Shown: positions 1-14,687, numbered from the stretch's first letter. The stretch is 64,000 nucleotides of DNA from Eledone cirrhosa (GCA_964016885.1 OZ024741.1:333746001-333810000); one strand, 5' to 3'. Notes: generated by a model from the letters alone, not told the origin. Translations and numbers: made by a program.

Positions 1-81
1 CATATATATATACATACACACACACACACATATATACACATTCACACACACATATATACATATACACACACATATATACAA

Positions 82-113
<32 letters not shown>

Positions 114-114
114 G

Positions 115-176
<62 letters not shown>

Positions 177-350
177 CATATATATATATATGTTCATATA
201 TATACATATTTATATATATATATATACACAGGCACTTGTCACTGAGGTTGGAATTTTACTTATTTGTATACCCGCTCTACATCTCCTCATGCATTGAGTA
301 CTCCTATGATTAGTGGTCTCCTCAGTTTCAGCATCAGAGATGCTATATAT

Positions 351-381
<31 letters not shown>

Positions 382-2307
382 CAGGCAAAAATACACACAC
401 ACACACACATACTCATACATAAGATACTTATATTTTCTCTTTGAATTTTACTTCATTTTCTCTTCGTTTTATTCCTATTTAAGTGTAATATTTCCTCACA
501 TGTGAATAAAATAAAAGCTACACTAAAATGTTAACTATTTTCACAGAATTAATCTCTTTTTTATTCTTTATTTAATATCATTCTTTGTTATTCTTCTTGT
601 TGTTTTTCGCTATAGAATGAATATTCGTTTTTATATTTCTTTTTCTTTTTTTTAGATATTTAAATTCTTTATTTTATTATTCCTTGTTTTTACCTCAGAT
701 CATTATTATTATTATTATTATTTATTTATTTATTTTTTTACTATAGTCAATGGTGATTCATGCATTTTTTTCATGCACACTTATCATTCATGTTTGCCCG
801 ATTTCGTAACCAATGGCAAAAGCCGCTGAGAGAAATGGGAGCTCCTGCCGTTCAATTACTAGTAGTAGCCATCTCATCCTCACTTAGGTCATGTGTACCT
901 CATTGAAAAGCCATGTATGTCTCAACTTCCACTGCACCATCCCCTCCCTCCCTCCTCCTGCCTCACACTACATTTTTCACTCCCTAAAATACCTAACAAT
1001 ATGACTGATCACCTACTACATACAATAAGGGAGACTATACATGGGTTGTTTGACCTGCAAGAAATAGTAACCAATTCTCTCCCTAAAAATCACATCCTTC
1101 CATCTTAAAAAAGAAACAATCTCCCTACATACACAAAAAAAAAAATTGCAAAGGACACATTGGATAATGTAAGCCAAGGTACACTATGCCTGAAAAAAAA
1201 AAGAAAAAATAGGATGGTCATGGCTGGAATGTCTTTGATCAATTTGCCTGCTTGGTGAAGCACAGACTTGAGGCTAAACAATGACAATGACAACAACAGC
1301 AACCATTTTATTCTATAATGCCAAGTACAGCATGCAATAGATAAATATTTATTTTTACGCGCGTTAATAATAAATATGATTTCTACATATATTATCACAT
1401 TTTTGAAAAGAAATCACAAAAGCCATATTAAAATTTACAGGCATCCCATTAAAAATGAAACCAAACAGAAAAAAATAAAAAACAGAATGTTTATTGAATA
1501 CAAATAAAAAATATTTGTTTCTTGCACTTTGATTGACTACCAATTTATAATATTTAGTATCATTGACTACCAATTTATAATATTTAGTATATATATATAT
1601 ATAATATATATATATATACATATATATACACACACATATATATATCACAGAGACATATAAGCAGACAATAAAAAAGATATATCAAATAAAAAAAAACCCC
1701 AAAGAACGTCGCTGATCTTTATCAAATCTAATTTGGTTTGACAGCCAAATAAATCCTGAATAGTGCTGGGTCACATCAGAAGATTTCCCCATGCCCAAGA
1801 AATCAGTTTCGATGTAATATTAAAGTGGGGAAGGCAGCAGTTATTATCCAAAAATATAAATAGAACCTTGAAACTATAAATCTATCCATCTCCTCCATCC
1901 AACGCAACCAACGTGTTTCTGTTTTTCGATATTTTTCAAGAAAATAATCTGAAGGCTTTCTGGTGTCTTTTTTTTTTTTGTGTGTATGTTCCAAAGACTC
2001 GTACAGCAGTGCAATCTCCAGTTTTACCTCTTGCAATATAGTGAGAGAGATATAAGGGATATAAAAGAGACAAAAAAAAAAAATGTACTCCCATCAGGTA
2101 TCATTTCATTTCATTTCATTTCATTCAATCATTTCGTTCATTTATTCACTCATTCTGATATTCACTCATTCTGATATTCACTCATTCCGATATTCATTCA
2201 TTCCGATATTCATTCTCTTCTTACCACTCTCTCCTTCCTCTTTTATCATTTACTTTCCCCTATTTCTCTTTCTCTTTCATTTATTCAGCTTGTAAGCATA
2301 CATACAT

Positions 2308-2358
<51 letters not shown>

Positions 2359-2566
2359 GGTACATAGTGTGTGTGTGTGTATATATATGTGTTTATATAT
2401 ATATAGATATACACAAATATATGTGGACACACAGGTACATAGTGTTAATATTATACATTAATTATATTACTACAATATCTCTCTGTTGCTACTCAGCCTT
2501 TCACATATCTATACTGATCATGTAGTGTGATCCAAGAAACTCTGAGTAACAATGCAGAGAAATCTG

Positions 2567-2605
<39 letters not shown>

Positions 2606-2626
2606 TCACATTTATATATCTAACTA

Positions 2627-2657
<31 letters not shown>

Positions 2658-2862
2658 GTCTAACCCATGCTAGCATGGAAGATAGACGTTAAACAATGAT
2701 GATGATGATATATACACACACATATATATATATATATATACAAATATATATATATACAATTATATATATACACACACACACATATATATATATATATGAA
2801 TATAAATATACATATATATATATATATACATATATATATGAATATACATATATATGTACATG

Positions 2863-2894
<32 letters not shown>

Positions 2895-3061
2895 TATGTA
2901 TAGACATATATATGCATATGTATATACATATATATGCATATATATATATGTATACACATATATATACATATATATATACATATATAGATAGACATATATA
3001 TACATATATATACATATATATATACATATATATACATATATATATACACACATATATAGAC

Positions 3062-3114
<53 letters not shown>

Positions 3115-4030
3115 AATAGATATATATATATACACACACACATGCAAATATTTATACATATATATATGTATAAATATTTGCATGTGTGTGTTTATATATA
3201 TATATATACACACACACATGAAAATATTTATACATATATATATATAGAGAGTGACATACACACATATACATACAGGTGTAGTTGTTTTAACATGATTATC
3301 TACATAATTATATATGTATGTACACATTTGGGTGTATATTTGAGTGCAAGTGACTGTGTGTGAATGTAGTTGAATGCTTGTATGTTTGTGTGTGACTCTG
3401 AGTGTGTGTGAGAATGCATGTGTGTATGTGAGACTGTGTGTGAATGCAGTTGTATGTGTGTGTGTATGTATGTGTGAATGTGTGTGTGTGTGTGCACGGA
3501 AAGTCTGAAAGTTTGTGTGTGTGCATGCAAATGTATGTGTGACTGTGTATGTGTGTGTGTGTGTATGTGTGTGCGTGCGTGTGTGAATGTGGTTGCATTG
3601 TTCCATGTGTAACTGTGTGTGTATGTGTGTGTGTGAATGGAGTCGAATGCATGTATGTGTGACTGTGTGTGTGTATGTGTGTGTGAATGTGGTTGCATGG
3701 TTCCATGTGTGTAACTGTATGTGTGTGTGAGTGAATGGAGTCGAATGCATCTGTGTGTGTGTGTGTGTATGTCGTTATGTGGTTGTATGTGTGTATGTAT
3801 GACAGTGTGTGTGTGTGTGAATGTGATTGTGTGGTTGCATGTATGTGAATATGAGTGTGGTAGAATTTGTGTGTGTGTGTGTGTGTGTGTGTGGTTGTGT
3901 GATTGCATGTGTGAAAGTATTTCCATACAGTCAATATAGGTAGAAACTATTTTAAATATAATTCATTTTTTCCTTTTGAGGTTTATAAATATATATACAT
4001 TCTTCTTTAATCCTTGTTTAGTCATATCAA

Positions 4031-4102
<72 letters not shown>

Positions 4103-4138
4103 ATTATATATATATATATATATATTTATCTCTCTCTC

Positions 4139-4186
<48 letters not shown>

Positions 4187-4222
4187 ATTATATATATATA
4201 TATATATATTTATCTCTCTCTC

Positions 4223-4272
<50 letters not shown>

Positions 4273-4284
4273 ATTATATATATA

Positions 4285-4334
<50 letters not shown>

Positions 4335-4354
4335 TATATATGTATATATATATA

Positions 4355-4422
<68 letters not shown>

Positions 4423-4765
4423 AACACACAGATATAAATAGTATATAATAAATATATATAAATATGTTTGTTATATATACATACAAATATATAAACACAT
4501 ATACACACATACACCCAGAGCATGTTTTAAATATACATGCATGTATGCATAAATATGATGCAAGTAGTTCAATCAAAAGATGGTAGCTATACACATGGTG
4601 TGTTGTAGCAGCAGCACTGTACTGCACAGTACTGCACTACACTGCACCCATTGTAACAGAGGCACACACACACATACACACAGGGGCAAGCAGATTCCTC
4701 AATTCCTCTCTTCCTAACAAATACTGCTGCCTGAGAGAGGGAGAGGGAGAGAGAGCAAGGAGGTT

Positions 4766-4810
<45 letters not shown>

Positions 4811-5196
4811 AAGGAGGTTTGAGAGAGAAAGAGAGAGAGAGAGTGAGAGAGAGAGCAAGGAGGTTTGAGAGAGAGAGAGAGAGAGAGAGAGCAAGGAGGT
4901 TTGAGAGAAAGAGAGAGAGAGAGAGAGAGTAAGGGGCTATGGGAGAGAGAAAAAGAAAGAGCCAGAGAGAGAAAAGGGTGGGAGAGAGAGAAGAGAGCCA
5001 GCGTGAGAAAGGAGCCAGAGAGAGAAAGAGAGAGAAAGAGCCAGAGAGAGTAAGGTGTGGGAGAGAAATGGAGAGAGAGAGATGAATGGTTCCTAATAGC
5101 AGGCTTTTGAAGAAATACAACTGGTTGAGTGAGGCTTTAGACACACTCCTTATATGTTAAACCTTATTGCTTGTGTGAAGAGGCACCGAGAGAGAG

Positions 5197-5247
<51 letters not shown>

Positions 5248-5417
5248 CTGATGAGGACGTACTGTTGTACATCCAAAATATGTATAATAAAATGTAATTG
5301 ATCAAAAGAACATCTATTTTATTAATATTTATATTTTAATATTAATAACACCGTAGAGTGCTTCCAATCTACTGTAAAACTCATTCTTTGATATACTCAT
5401 TGAATATCGTTTAACAC

Positions 5418-5452
<35 letters not shown>

Positions 5453-5633
5453 AACGAGTAGGACCCCGACGGCTGAGCTCAAGCCGTTTCGATGGCTAAT
5501 TCTGGACAGAATTAGCCATCGAAACAGCTTGAGCTCAGCCGTCGGGGTCCTACTCGTTCCTATTACCCACTCTACTACCCTAAGTATTGAGTATGGTTAT
5601 GGTCCACCTGGTTCCTTAGCACTTTTCCTTCGT

Positions 5634-5665
<32 letters not shown>

Positions 5666-5706
5666 TGGAAAGGGAGACAGAGAAAGAGAGATGAGAGAGA
5701 TGGAAC

Positions 5707-5744
<38 letters not shown>

Positions 5745-6031
5745 AGAGGAAGAGGGTGGGAGCTAGATGTAGGAGGGAGAGATAGTCTTTTGAAGTAGCC
5801 CTATAAACTGTCTGGACTATAGAAAAAAGCAAAAGAAGCACTCAGTTTTATTGAGGATTCATTTTTAACAACTACTTAACCTAAATAGATGTGAATATAT
5901 TTCAAACCCTTTTCATTTGTCAATGTCATCTCTCTTGTGTGGTGAGAATCAATCACTAATAAATACATTCATTCATTCATTCATATATATGTGTGTGTGA
6001 GTGTGTATGTGTGTGTGTGTGTGTATGTGTG

Positions 6032-6075
<44 letters not shown>

Positions 6076-6082
6076 CACACAT

Positions 6083-6129
<47 letters not shown>

Positions 6130-6253
6130 TAAAAAATATAAACACACATATACATATACACAGATATATAAACATATATATATACATATACACATCTATA
6201 AACATATATATATATATACATATACACATCTATAAACATATATATATACACAT

Positions 6254-6284
<31 letters not shown>

Positions 6285-6310
6285 TAAACACACACACATA
6301 TATACATGTG
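1..6310. repeat. Region dense in (TA)n, (CA)n and (GA)n microsatellites (similar tracts at 8030-8650, 9740-9955, 28350-28890, 41430-41830, 51550-51680)
   Basis: Direct inspection; source of the YI/HT/CV/ER-repeat ORFs. Confidence 0.95.
5449..5635. mobile_element. Fold-back element family A (Penelope/retrozyme-like end with partial hammerhead)
   Basis: ~56-bp arms with 1 mismatch; GAAACGGCT-TGAGCTC-AGCCGTC stem III/cleavage motif; 3' tail shared with 43047-43125; flanked by (TA)n. Confidence 0.6.
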
Positions 6311-6312
6311 TG

Positions 6313-6548
6313 TGTGTATGCTTGGTTCACTCGTGGGTAACCACAGTAAATAAAGTACTCAATACTTAGTAGAGTATATACAATATTTAATATAGAAATG
6401 GCTTCTACATGAATAGAACTGTTCCATTCCTTCGAATGAAACAGTTCTAGTCCTGTAGAAGCCATTTCTATATTAAATATTTATACTCTGCTATGTATTG
6501 AGTACCTTACTTACTGTGGTTACCTCCGATTGAACCTGGGATACACAC
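6313..6548. mobile_element. Fold-back element family B
   Basis: ~115-bp imperfect arms centred on CATTC-CTTC-GAATG; homologous to 9490-9730 and to the fragment at 46809-46838. Confidence 0.6.
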
Positions 6549-6689
6549 AGACACATATATATATATATATATACATACATATACATAAAGGAGATGTGGG
6601 TAGATGTGTTTTGTATGCATGAAGTGAGGTCAGATTTGTCACATGCAAAGAACACTGTTACACATTCTTTTGGATGGGGTAACAAAAAT

Positions 6690-7340
6690 CGGGTGGACAT
6701 ATGTATACTCCTAGCTGAGACATGGTTAATCCAGGTAACTGAGGTAGTCAGAGTGTGTTAGAATAATTAAACTTAGATTAATCTTGGGTAATACATCAGC
6801 CACTATACTATCTATATATTTTCCACAAACTAAACTTGCCGATAAGCAGAATGACCACATCTATGAAGCCGTCCAACAGACTAACTCAATGACAAATGAC
6901 AGTAGTCTCATTGTTGCAGCTGGTGACTTCAGCAGACATGTTGGAAAACCCCAGGATGGGTTTTCTCATCTACATAGAGGCTACGGTTATGGTACAAATA
7001 ATGAGAAGCAGAATAGGCTTCTGGAGTTCTGTGATGCTCTCAAGCTAATCATTTGTAATACAAATTTCAGGAAATCAGTCAGTTACCTTATCACTTACCA
7101 ATCAGAAGAGCACACAAACTAAACAGACTTTGTTCTCACCAGGAATTGAGATAGGCAAATGTTTGTAAATGCCAAGTCCTTTCCTGAAGAGGAGGTGTAT
7201 GCATATAACTAGAGAAAAACTGAGAATTTCTATAGGACAACTTGCTGGAAGTCATGAACCATGTCTGTGGCTGGATCAACATCCCACCAATATGGAGGGT
7301 GATGTGGTGGGGGGATGATAAGGTAGAAAGAGCAATTAAA
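6690..7340 (+). mobile_element. Degenerate LINE (RTE-like) AP-endonuclease fragment
   Basis: AAGDFSRHVG, GYGYGTNNEKQNRLLEFC, LIICNTNFRK..LITYQS and TDFVL motifs; interrupted by stops. Confidence 0.8.
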
Positions 7341-9489
7341 ACAAAGAACAAGCCTGAAGAGACCCTTCAGTTGTGTCATGGTGCGAACAACCTATCTAGA
7401 ATTGGTGATTTCCAAGATAAATACACCCAATACACACTGTAAAGTGATTGGTGATAGGAAGGGCATCCAGCCATTGAAAGATTGACAAACGAAGAGTTGG
7501 GTGGATCCTTGAGCTGTGTAAAGGACATGACAACCTCCCTAATGTTTGTGATATACACGATAAATGCACCCAGTACATGCTGTAAAGGGTTGATGATAGG
7601 AAACAAATTATGTTGCTACCAAACAAATAGAAGCAGCATAAAAGATATCATGTCTTTGGCACAAATTGAAAAGTTCTCTCTACCATTTGTTTGACAGATT
7701 TTCTACAGCTGGATGCTCTTCCAACCACTAACCTCTTTACAGTTTCTACTGGATGTGTTTTATTGTGTCACCCGAGAGGTTGTTGTGACCTTCAAACAAC
7801 TGAATAAGCCTCTCAACCATTTTTTGGCATGGGTTCTCCAGTTGGATGCCCTTCCTATCACCAACCGCCTTACAGGTCACACCGGGTGCATTTTTCATGT
7901 GTGTATGAGGGTGCATGAATGACCATTTGATATAAATTTGAGTGCATACTAGTATAGAGATGCATATAAGCATTAAGTCAGGTATTTTTGTATGACCAAG
8001 TGTGACCATGTATAACCATATATATATGTATGCATGTATGTTTATATTTTGTATGCATTTATGTATGTATGTTTGTTTGTGTATTTATAGTATGTGTATA
8101 TGTAGGTCTATATTTTTTATGTATGCTTGTGTGTATATATGTATGTTTGTGTATTTATAGTTTGTGTGTATGTATTTATAGTATGTATGCATGCATGCAT
8201 ATATGTATGTATGCATATATATATATTTATGTATCTGTGTAAGAATGTGAGTATGCATCAATTTATATGTTAGTATGAATTTTGCATGCATGAGTGTACC
8301 TATGCATATAACTATATATATGTATGTATATAACTATGTATGTATGTATAACTATATGAATGTATGTATATAACTATATGCATGTATGAGTGTACCTATG
8401 CATGTAACTATATGTATACCTGTAAAAGTGCACATATACACAGATTTACATCTGTGTCCAGCCATGTGAGTGCGTGTGTTTTTGTCTTTGTACATACATA
8501 TATGGATATGTGTTTGAATATGTGTGTGTATTATGTATTTGTATATTGTTTATATGAGTGTAACCTAAAATAGATGGATATATGCATTGTTGAAGTTAAG
8601 CATATGTATGTGTGGAATGTGTGTGTGCCTGTATATATATATATATATATATCAATCGATAAATGTGTGTATAGTTGAGACAATGAAGCCATAAATAATG
8701 GGCTTCTTTAATTAAAATTTATATTGTTTTTATTTCATGGGATGTTCCTTGTTGCTGTTAAAGTTATTTTTATTGTTGTTGTTGGTTGTGGTGGAGTATT
8801 AACACAACTTTCAAAGATGGGGATCTATTGAATCAAGGGAGGTTATCAGTGAAGGTATTTCTCTATAAAGCAGTCTGAGTTCAAATCCCGCCGAGGTTAA
8901 CTTTGCCTTTCATTCTTATGGGGTCGATAAAATAAAGTACCAGTAATGTACTGGGTGATTGCTGGCCTTGTGCCTAAAGTAGAAACAATTATTATTATAT
9001 TAACCGGTGAGGTTAGCTTTGCTTTTCATCCTTACGGGGTTGATAAAATAAAGTACCAGTAATGAACTCAGGTTGATGTAATCGACTTTCCCCTCACCAA
9101 AAATTGTTGGATATGTGCCTAAATAAGAAACCATTATTGTTATAATTAGATTGTTATAAAGGTTCCAAATACATTAGTGTGTTTATATGTGTGTGCATGT
9201 GTATGCCTATATGTGTGTGTGTGTGTGTGTGTATGGAAGTACCTGTATGTATTGCTCTATTTAATTTAATTTTTATTTTCATTACAGCACATTATTGTTT
9301 TCAACTTGTATGCATATATATTGGCCCATCAATACATATATATATACACACGCAAACATATACACGCACACACAAACATACACACATAAACAGTATCAGC
9401 AAAAATTGTAACTACATTTTCTACTGATATTCTATTTATATCCATGCTAGTATGCATCTATTTTGATAAACTACTATATAATTTTATAT

Positions 9490-9730
9490 ATCCCAGGTTC
9501 AATCGGGGGTAAGTAAGTAAGGTACAGTAAGTAAGGTACTCAATACATAGCAGAGTATATACAAGATTTAACAGAAATGGCTTCTACAAGACTAGAACTG
9601 TTTCATTCAAAGGAAATCATCAGGAAAGCTGGATTTGGACGCAGACTGTAAAGCTGGCTTTCCTGATAATTTTCTTCAAATGAATCAGTTCTAGTCCTGT
9701 AGAAGCCATTTCTATATTAAATTTTGTATA
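9490..9730. mobile_element. Family B inverted pair carrying hammerhead cores
   Basis: Inverted arms around a ~25-nt spacer; each arm contains CTGAT(G/A)A...GAA(A/T)C. Confidence 0.6.
9579..9630 (-). ncRNA. Type I hammerhead ribozyme motif
   Basis: Minus strand reads AGCTTTC CTGATGA TTTC-CTTT-GAAT GAA ACAG-TTCTAGTC-TTGT A^GAAGCC: both core boxes, stems I-III and a GUA triplet. Stem II is weak and closed by U-U. Confidence 0.55.
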
Positions 9731-9750
9731 TATGTATATATATACATGTT

Positions 9751-9856
<106 letters not shown>

Positions 9857-9858
9857 TT

Positions 9859-9889
<31 letters not shown>

Positions 9890-9915
9890 TTATATATATA
9901 CATGCATATACATGC

Positions 9916-9957
<42 letters not shown>

Positions 9958-10064
9958 ATAATAATAAATGTGAAGACTAAAATCCAAAGAGGGCTCGATA
10001 AGGGTTCTTATATATTAAGCAGCGATTCTTTGCTTAAGCTTTAATCTGTTATTTTAATAAATTA

Positions 10065-10097
<33 letters not shown>

Positions 10098-12369
10098 GAT
10101 AGATAGATACATAATTTATTGTTGTATAACATTGTTACTATTGGTTCACAGTTTAATCATTTGATGCCTATGGGGGTCTGGTTGCTGGTGTGGTATTGTA
10201 CTTTTGGTATTACACTGTAGTCAGTATAAGCAGAGTGTTAATAATAATAATCATGGGTTCTGATTTAAGCACACCGCTAACACTTTTGGTGGGAGGGGAA
10301 AGTCGATAAAATTGATCCCCAGTGCATTACTGTTACTTTATTTTATCGACCCCGAAAGGATGAAAGGCAAAGCTAACCTCAGCGTGATTTGAAAGGATAG
10401 TAACAATATACTGCAGAGTATGTTGTTTGATGTTCTTCCAATACTACCAATACACCAATAATAATTGTTTCTACTTTTGGCACAAGGCCAGCAATTATCC
10501 CAGTCTATTACTGGTACTTTATTTTATCGACCCCCGTAAAGATGAAAGTCGAAGTTAACCTTGGCGGGATTTGAACTCAGAATGGAAAGGGCCGTAACTC
10601 TATGCGTCAAAGCATGATGTCCGACCCTCAACTGATACTGCCAATCCACCTCCATACACCAATAATAATAAGTAGGTGCTAGGTATCAACATAGCATTAT
10701 TAGGATGTTATATTGATACCTCGTTGTTGAGCTTCAGAGTTATGGCACTTTACGTTCTGAGTTTAAATCCCGCCTTTCATCCTTAAGGGGTGGATAAAAT
10801 AAATCACCAGTAATGTACTGGGGTAATTGCTGGCCTTGCGCCAAAAGTAGAAATATTATTATTATTATTATTATTAGGGCAGTATCGGTAGAGGATCGGA
10901 CGCCATGCTTTACAGCATAGAGTTACGGCCCTTTACGGTATGAGTTCAAATCCTGCCAAGGTTAATTTTGCCTTTCATCCTTACGGGGTTGATAAAATAA
11001 AGTACCATTCACGCACTGGGGTTGATTTAATTGACTTTTCCCACCCCCCAAATTGCTGGTCGTTTGCCTATATAAGAAACTAATATTATTATTATTGTTA
11101 TTGTGGTGGATTGGCAGTATCGGTAGAGGGTCGGACGCCATGCTTTCCAGCATAGTTACGTCCCTTTACGATCTGAGTTCAAATCCCGCCGAGGTTGACT
11201 TTGCCTTTCATCCTTACGGGGTCGATAAAATAAAGTACCAATAATGCACTGGGTAATTGCTGGCCTTGTGCCTAAAGTAGAAACAATTATTATTATTGTT
11301 ATTAAGGGCGGTGGATTGGCAGTATCGGTAGATGCTTTCCAGCATAGTTACGTCCCTTTATGATGTGAGGTCAAATCCCGCTAGTTTAACTTTGCCTTTC
11401 ATCCTTACGGGGTCGATAAAATAAAGTACCAGTAATGCACTGGGTAATTGCTGGCCTTGTGCCTAAAGTAGAAACAATTATTATTATTGTTATTAAGGGC
11501 GGTTGTTTGGCAGTATCGGTAGAGCATCAGACACCATGCTATGCAGCATAGGAGTTATGGCCCTTTATGTTCTGAGTTCAAATCCCGCTGAGGTTAGCCT
11601 TGTCTTTCGTCCTAACGGGGTTGATAAAATAAAGTACCAGTAATGTACTGGAATAATTGCTGGCCTTGTGCCAAAAGTAGAAACAATTATTATTATATAT
11701 ATATATATATATATATGCCTACACAAATCTATGTCTTGGACTTTGGACTTCCATCACTTCTGCAGATGAGAATTCTAATTGTTTTACCAATGGAACAGCC
11801 TGCTTATGAGATTAAACTGTAAGTGGCTGTGCATCCAACGAACATATGGCATGACGTGTGACAAGGCTGGTTCTTTGAATTTCCAGTTACAATGCATCTT
11901 ATTCAGCTGATTGGACTGGAGCAATGTGAAATAAAGTCTATAGCCCAACTTGGAACATAAAGGACAATAACTATATGTTGCAAAGAATGTCAATGAACGC
12001 TCTACTGGTACTGCCAATCCAGCAGCCATCTTTATTGCAAATAATGGTCTCTGATTTAGACACAAGGCCAACAATTTGGAGTGAGGGGAAGTCGTTTAAA
12101 TCAACCCCAGTGCATAACTATTACTTTATTTTATTGACCCCATAATGATGAAAAGCTAAGCTAACCTTAGCAGGAATTGAACTCCGAATGTAAAGGGCCA
12201 AAACTATATGCTGCAAAGCATGTTGTTCAATGTTTTACCAATTACTGCCAACCCACAGCCTATCTTTGTTGCAAATAATGGAGATATTTTTAGCTGAGAC
12301 TAGCTTACTGCTGTTGCTGACAAAATTCCTTAGTTTCTAATCCATTTTTCATAATCAGCTTGCAATTCC

Positions 12370-12560
12370 CTAATGACAATTCAAGTTTAGTTTTTTTTTC
12401 CTTTTGACACCATTCTTGGCACTTTGTAGATCTTTAGATATTTTCTCTGATAACATCTCAGTTAAAGCCTGCTGCCACGGGGCCATTCTTCCTCTCCTTT
12501 CTGTCGGTAAAAATAGCAGAAAATCATCAGTATATAAACACATTTTCACAACCATTGATA
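12370..12560 (-). mobile_element. Possible L1/Tx1-like RT remnant
   Basis: VVKMCLYTDDFLLFL resembles the K.SLYADD.LLFL RT motif; no further motifs recognised. Confidence 0.3.
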
Positions 12561-13984
12561 AAATTATGTATGGAAATAGGGAATTAGGAAAATTGTAAAT
12601 GGATCAAGATAGAGTAGAAAGAGCTGCTATCTAAATTAGCATATGTCGGAAGACGCTTGGAATATGGATGTATATCCTATATGTAACATCCTTCAAAATA
12701 TAGACATATTGGATAATCTTTATGAATAGAGTGTATGTAGGTGAGAATGTCTATGTGTGTATGTATATATTTATATATATATTTCAGAGTTTTCCTTCTA
12801 GAATTCTGATGGTATCCAATGATGTTGACTTGTTCTTTTTTTTGGTAAATATCATCTTGGTTAAGAGAGTGGGACTGGCTTTGTGCAGTGCCTTTGCTCA
12901 CTATAAAAGCTTCACGGCACAGGCATTGCTTTATATCTGGAGACCTCTCTGCACTTGTCGTCACATGGTTCCATGGGCCCAGCACTATGTGTCAATAAGT
13001 GTCACAAGTGTAGTGTTTGTACCAGAGTTTTCAAGTCGCTGGCTGGACTAGGAATTCACACTCGTTCAGCGCATCGGTAGGGGTTCTCCTACATGGATAT
13101 AAAGTAGTGGCCGTACTCGAAAAACGAGGTGGCAGCCACCATAAATATATTTAAGAAAAGTAATGTTTGCAGTCATTAATATAGAATTCCTCCTGATTAC
13201 CAAATTGCCATAATTGGAAATACAACATACTCATGCAGAACCTGTGACAAAGAATGTAGGTCTGCTGGTGGTCTAATAAGGCACATCAAAGTGCATAATG
13301 AGCTTCAAGAGGTCAATAATGTTATATTGAGAGTGTTGCAGCACACCAGATAACTCTCTGCAAAATATTGTAAGTTGCTTACAGGCTTAAAAAGCCATAT
13401 CCATTCTCAGCACCCACACAACTCAAGCTGATGTTGTTTGTTAGACATACCAGATAATGGGGGTGGCTGTCATCATATAAGTATGTATGTATGTAGTATG
13501 TGTGTATGTTAATAAAAATGTAGATATCAGCGAGCTATACCATTGTTACCATTAATGATCAAGCCCTCAATCATACATGTTCTCTGGCATGAGAAGCCAG
13601 TTCTAAGAAGCCTTGTGGTAACAGTAAAGTAAAGAAAGAAAGCATTACCATGGAGGATAGTGATAAAATAACTATTCCAACTTATAGATCTCACTCCTGT
13701 GGAAGGTCATCTCTGCCTAAATATTAGTGAATAGGGAGGTGTTATGGGGACCAAGAACACCAGGAGTCTCCACCACTACAGGTTCAATGACATGTATATC
13801 CTAAAAGAAGATTAACTAACAGAGTCATTAGAGAATAGAGGGGAAACAATGACATTGTGGTATGTGTTATGTCTCTCTGTACTCTAAGATCAAAGGGGAA
13901 CAGTGCTACCCAGTGCTCCTGTTTAGTGAGTGAGTCCACTTACAGTATCATTGTGATAAAGTTAAACTAACTAACCCACTAAAC

Positions 13985-14189
13985 CTGGCATGTCAAACCA
14001 AGGGTCCCCCGTAGGCCACACGTGTCACATATGTGTTGCCTAAGGGCCACACATGACAACTAATTGTGCACATTACAACTAATTTTATGAAGATAAAACT
14101 TGTTTGCGCAATAAAAACCTTTGTGCAGGCTGTAGGTGTGCTTGTAATGGGTCGCATGGGGCCCGAGGGCTGCATGTTTGACATGCCTG
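13985..14189. mobile_element. hAT-type MITE
   Basis: TIRs C(T/A)GGCATGTCAAAC / GTTTGACATGCCTG; perfect 8-bp TSD CACTAAAC (13977-13984, 14190-14197). Confidence 0.88.
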
Positions 14190-14687
14190 CACTAAACAAC
14201 TTAATATCAACTTTACTAAAGACAGATTGTTGCTAGCAACTCAATGGAATTTAGAGTGTTTGGTATTGCTGGAGTAGGCATTATATATTACAAGGATCAA
14301 AACCATATCTCATACACATACTGCCTGAAAATACCATGACATACACATACCATCACATACAATCACATACACATACACTCACAAACACATACCATGACAT
14401 ACACATACAATCAGAAACACATACCATCACATACACATACAATCACATACACATACAATCACATACACATACTGCCTGAAAACATCATGACATATACATC
14501 CCATCACATACATATACCATCACATTCACATACACATACCATCACATACAATCACATACACATACCATCACATACCACCCCAACATATCACATACATATA
14601 CCATTTCAATATGCCATTACAACATACCATCTCATTGATACATGTGTTAATGTGTATGTTTACATACATCAACATGTGTGTGAGTAT

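Noticed and set aside
2660-4627. Long YI/HT/CV-rich ORFs (also 14394-15291, 28319-28800, 41353-41932)
   Set aside because: Dinucleotide microsatellite artefacts.
11103-11190. tRNA genes at SINE heads
   Set aside because: A/B boxes are present, but no full cloverleaf is evident and they continue into SINE body and tail.
13000-13960. Non-microsatellite stretch suspected to be coding
   Set aside because: No sizeable ORF or recognisable motif; probably an old transposon remnant, unclassifiable by eye.
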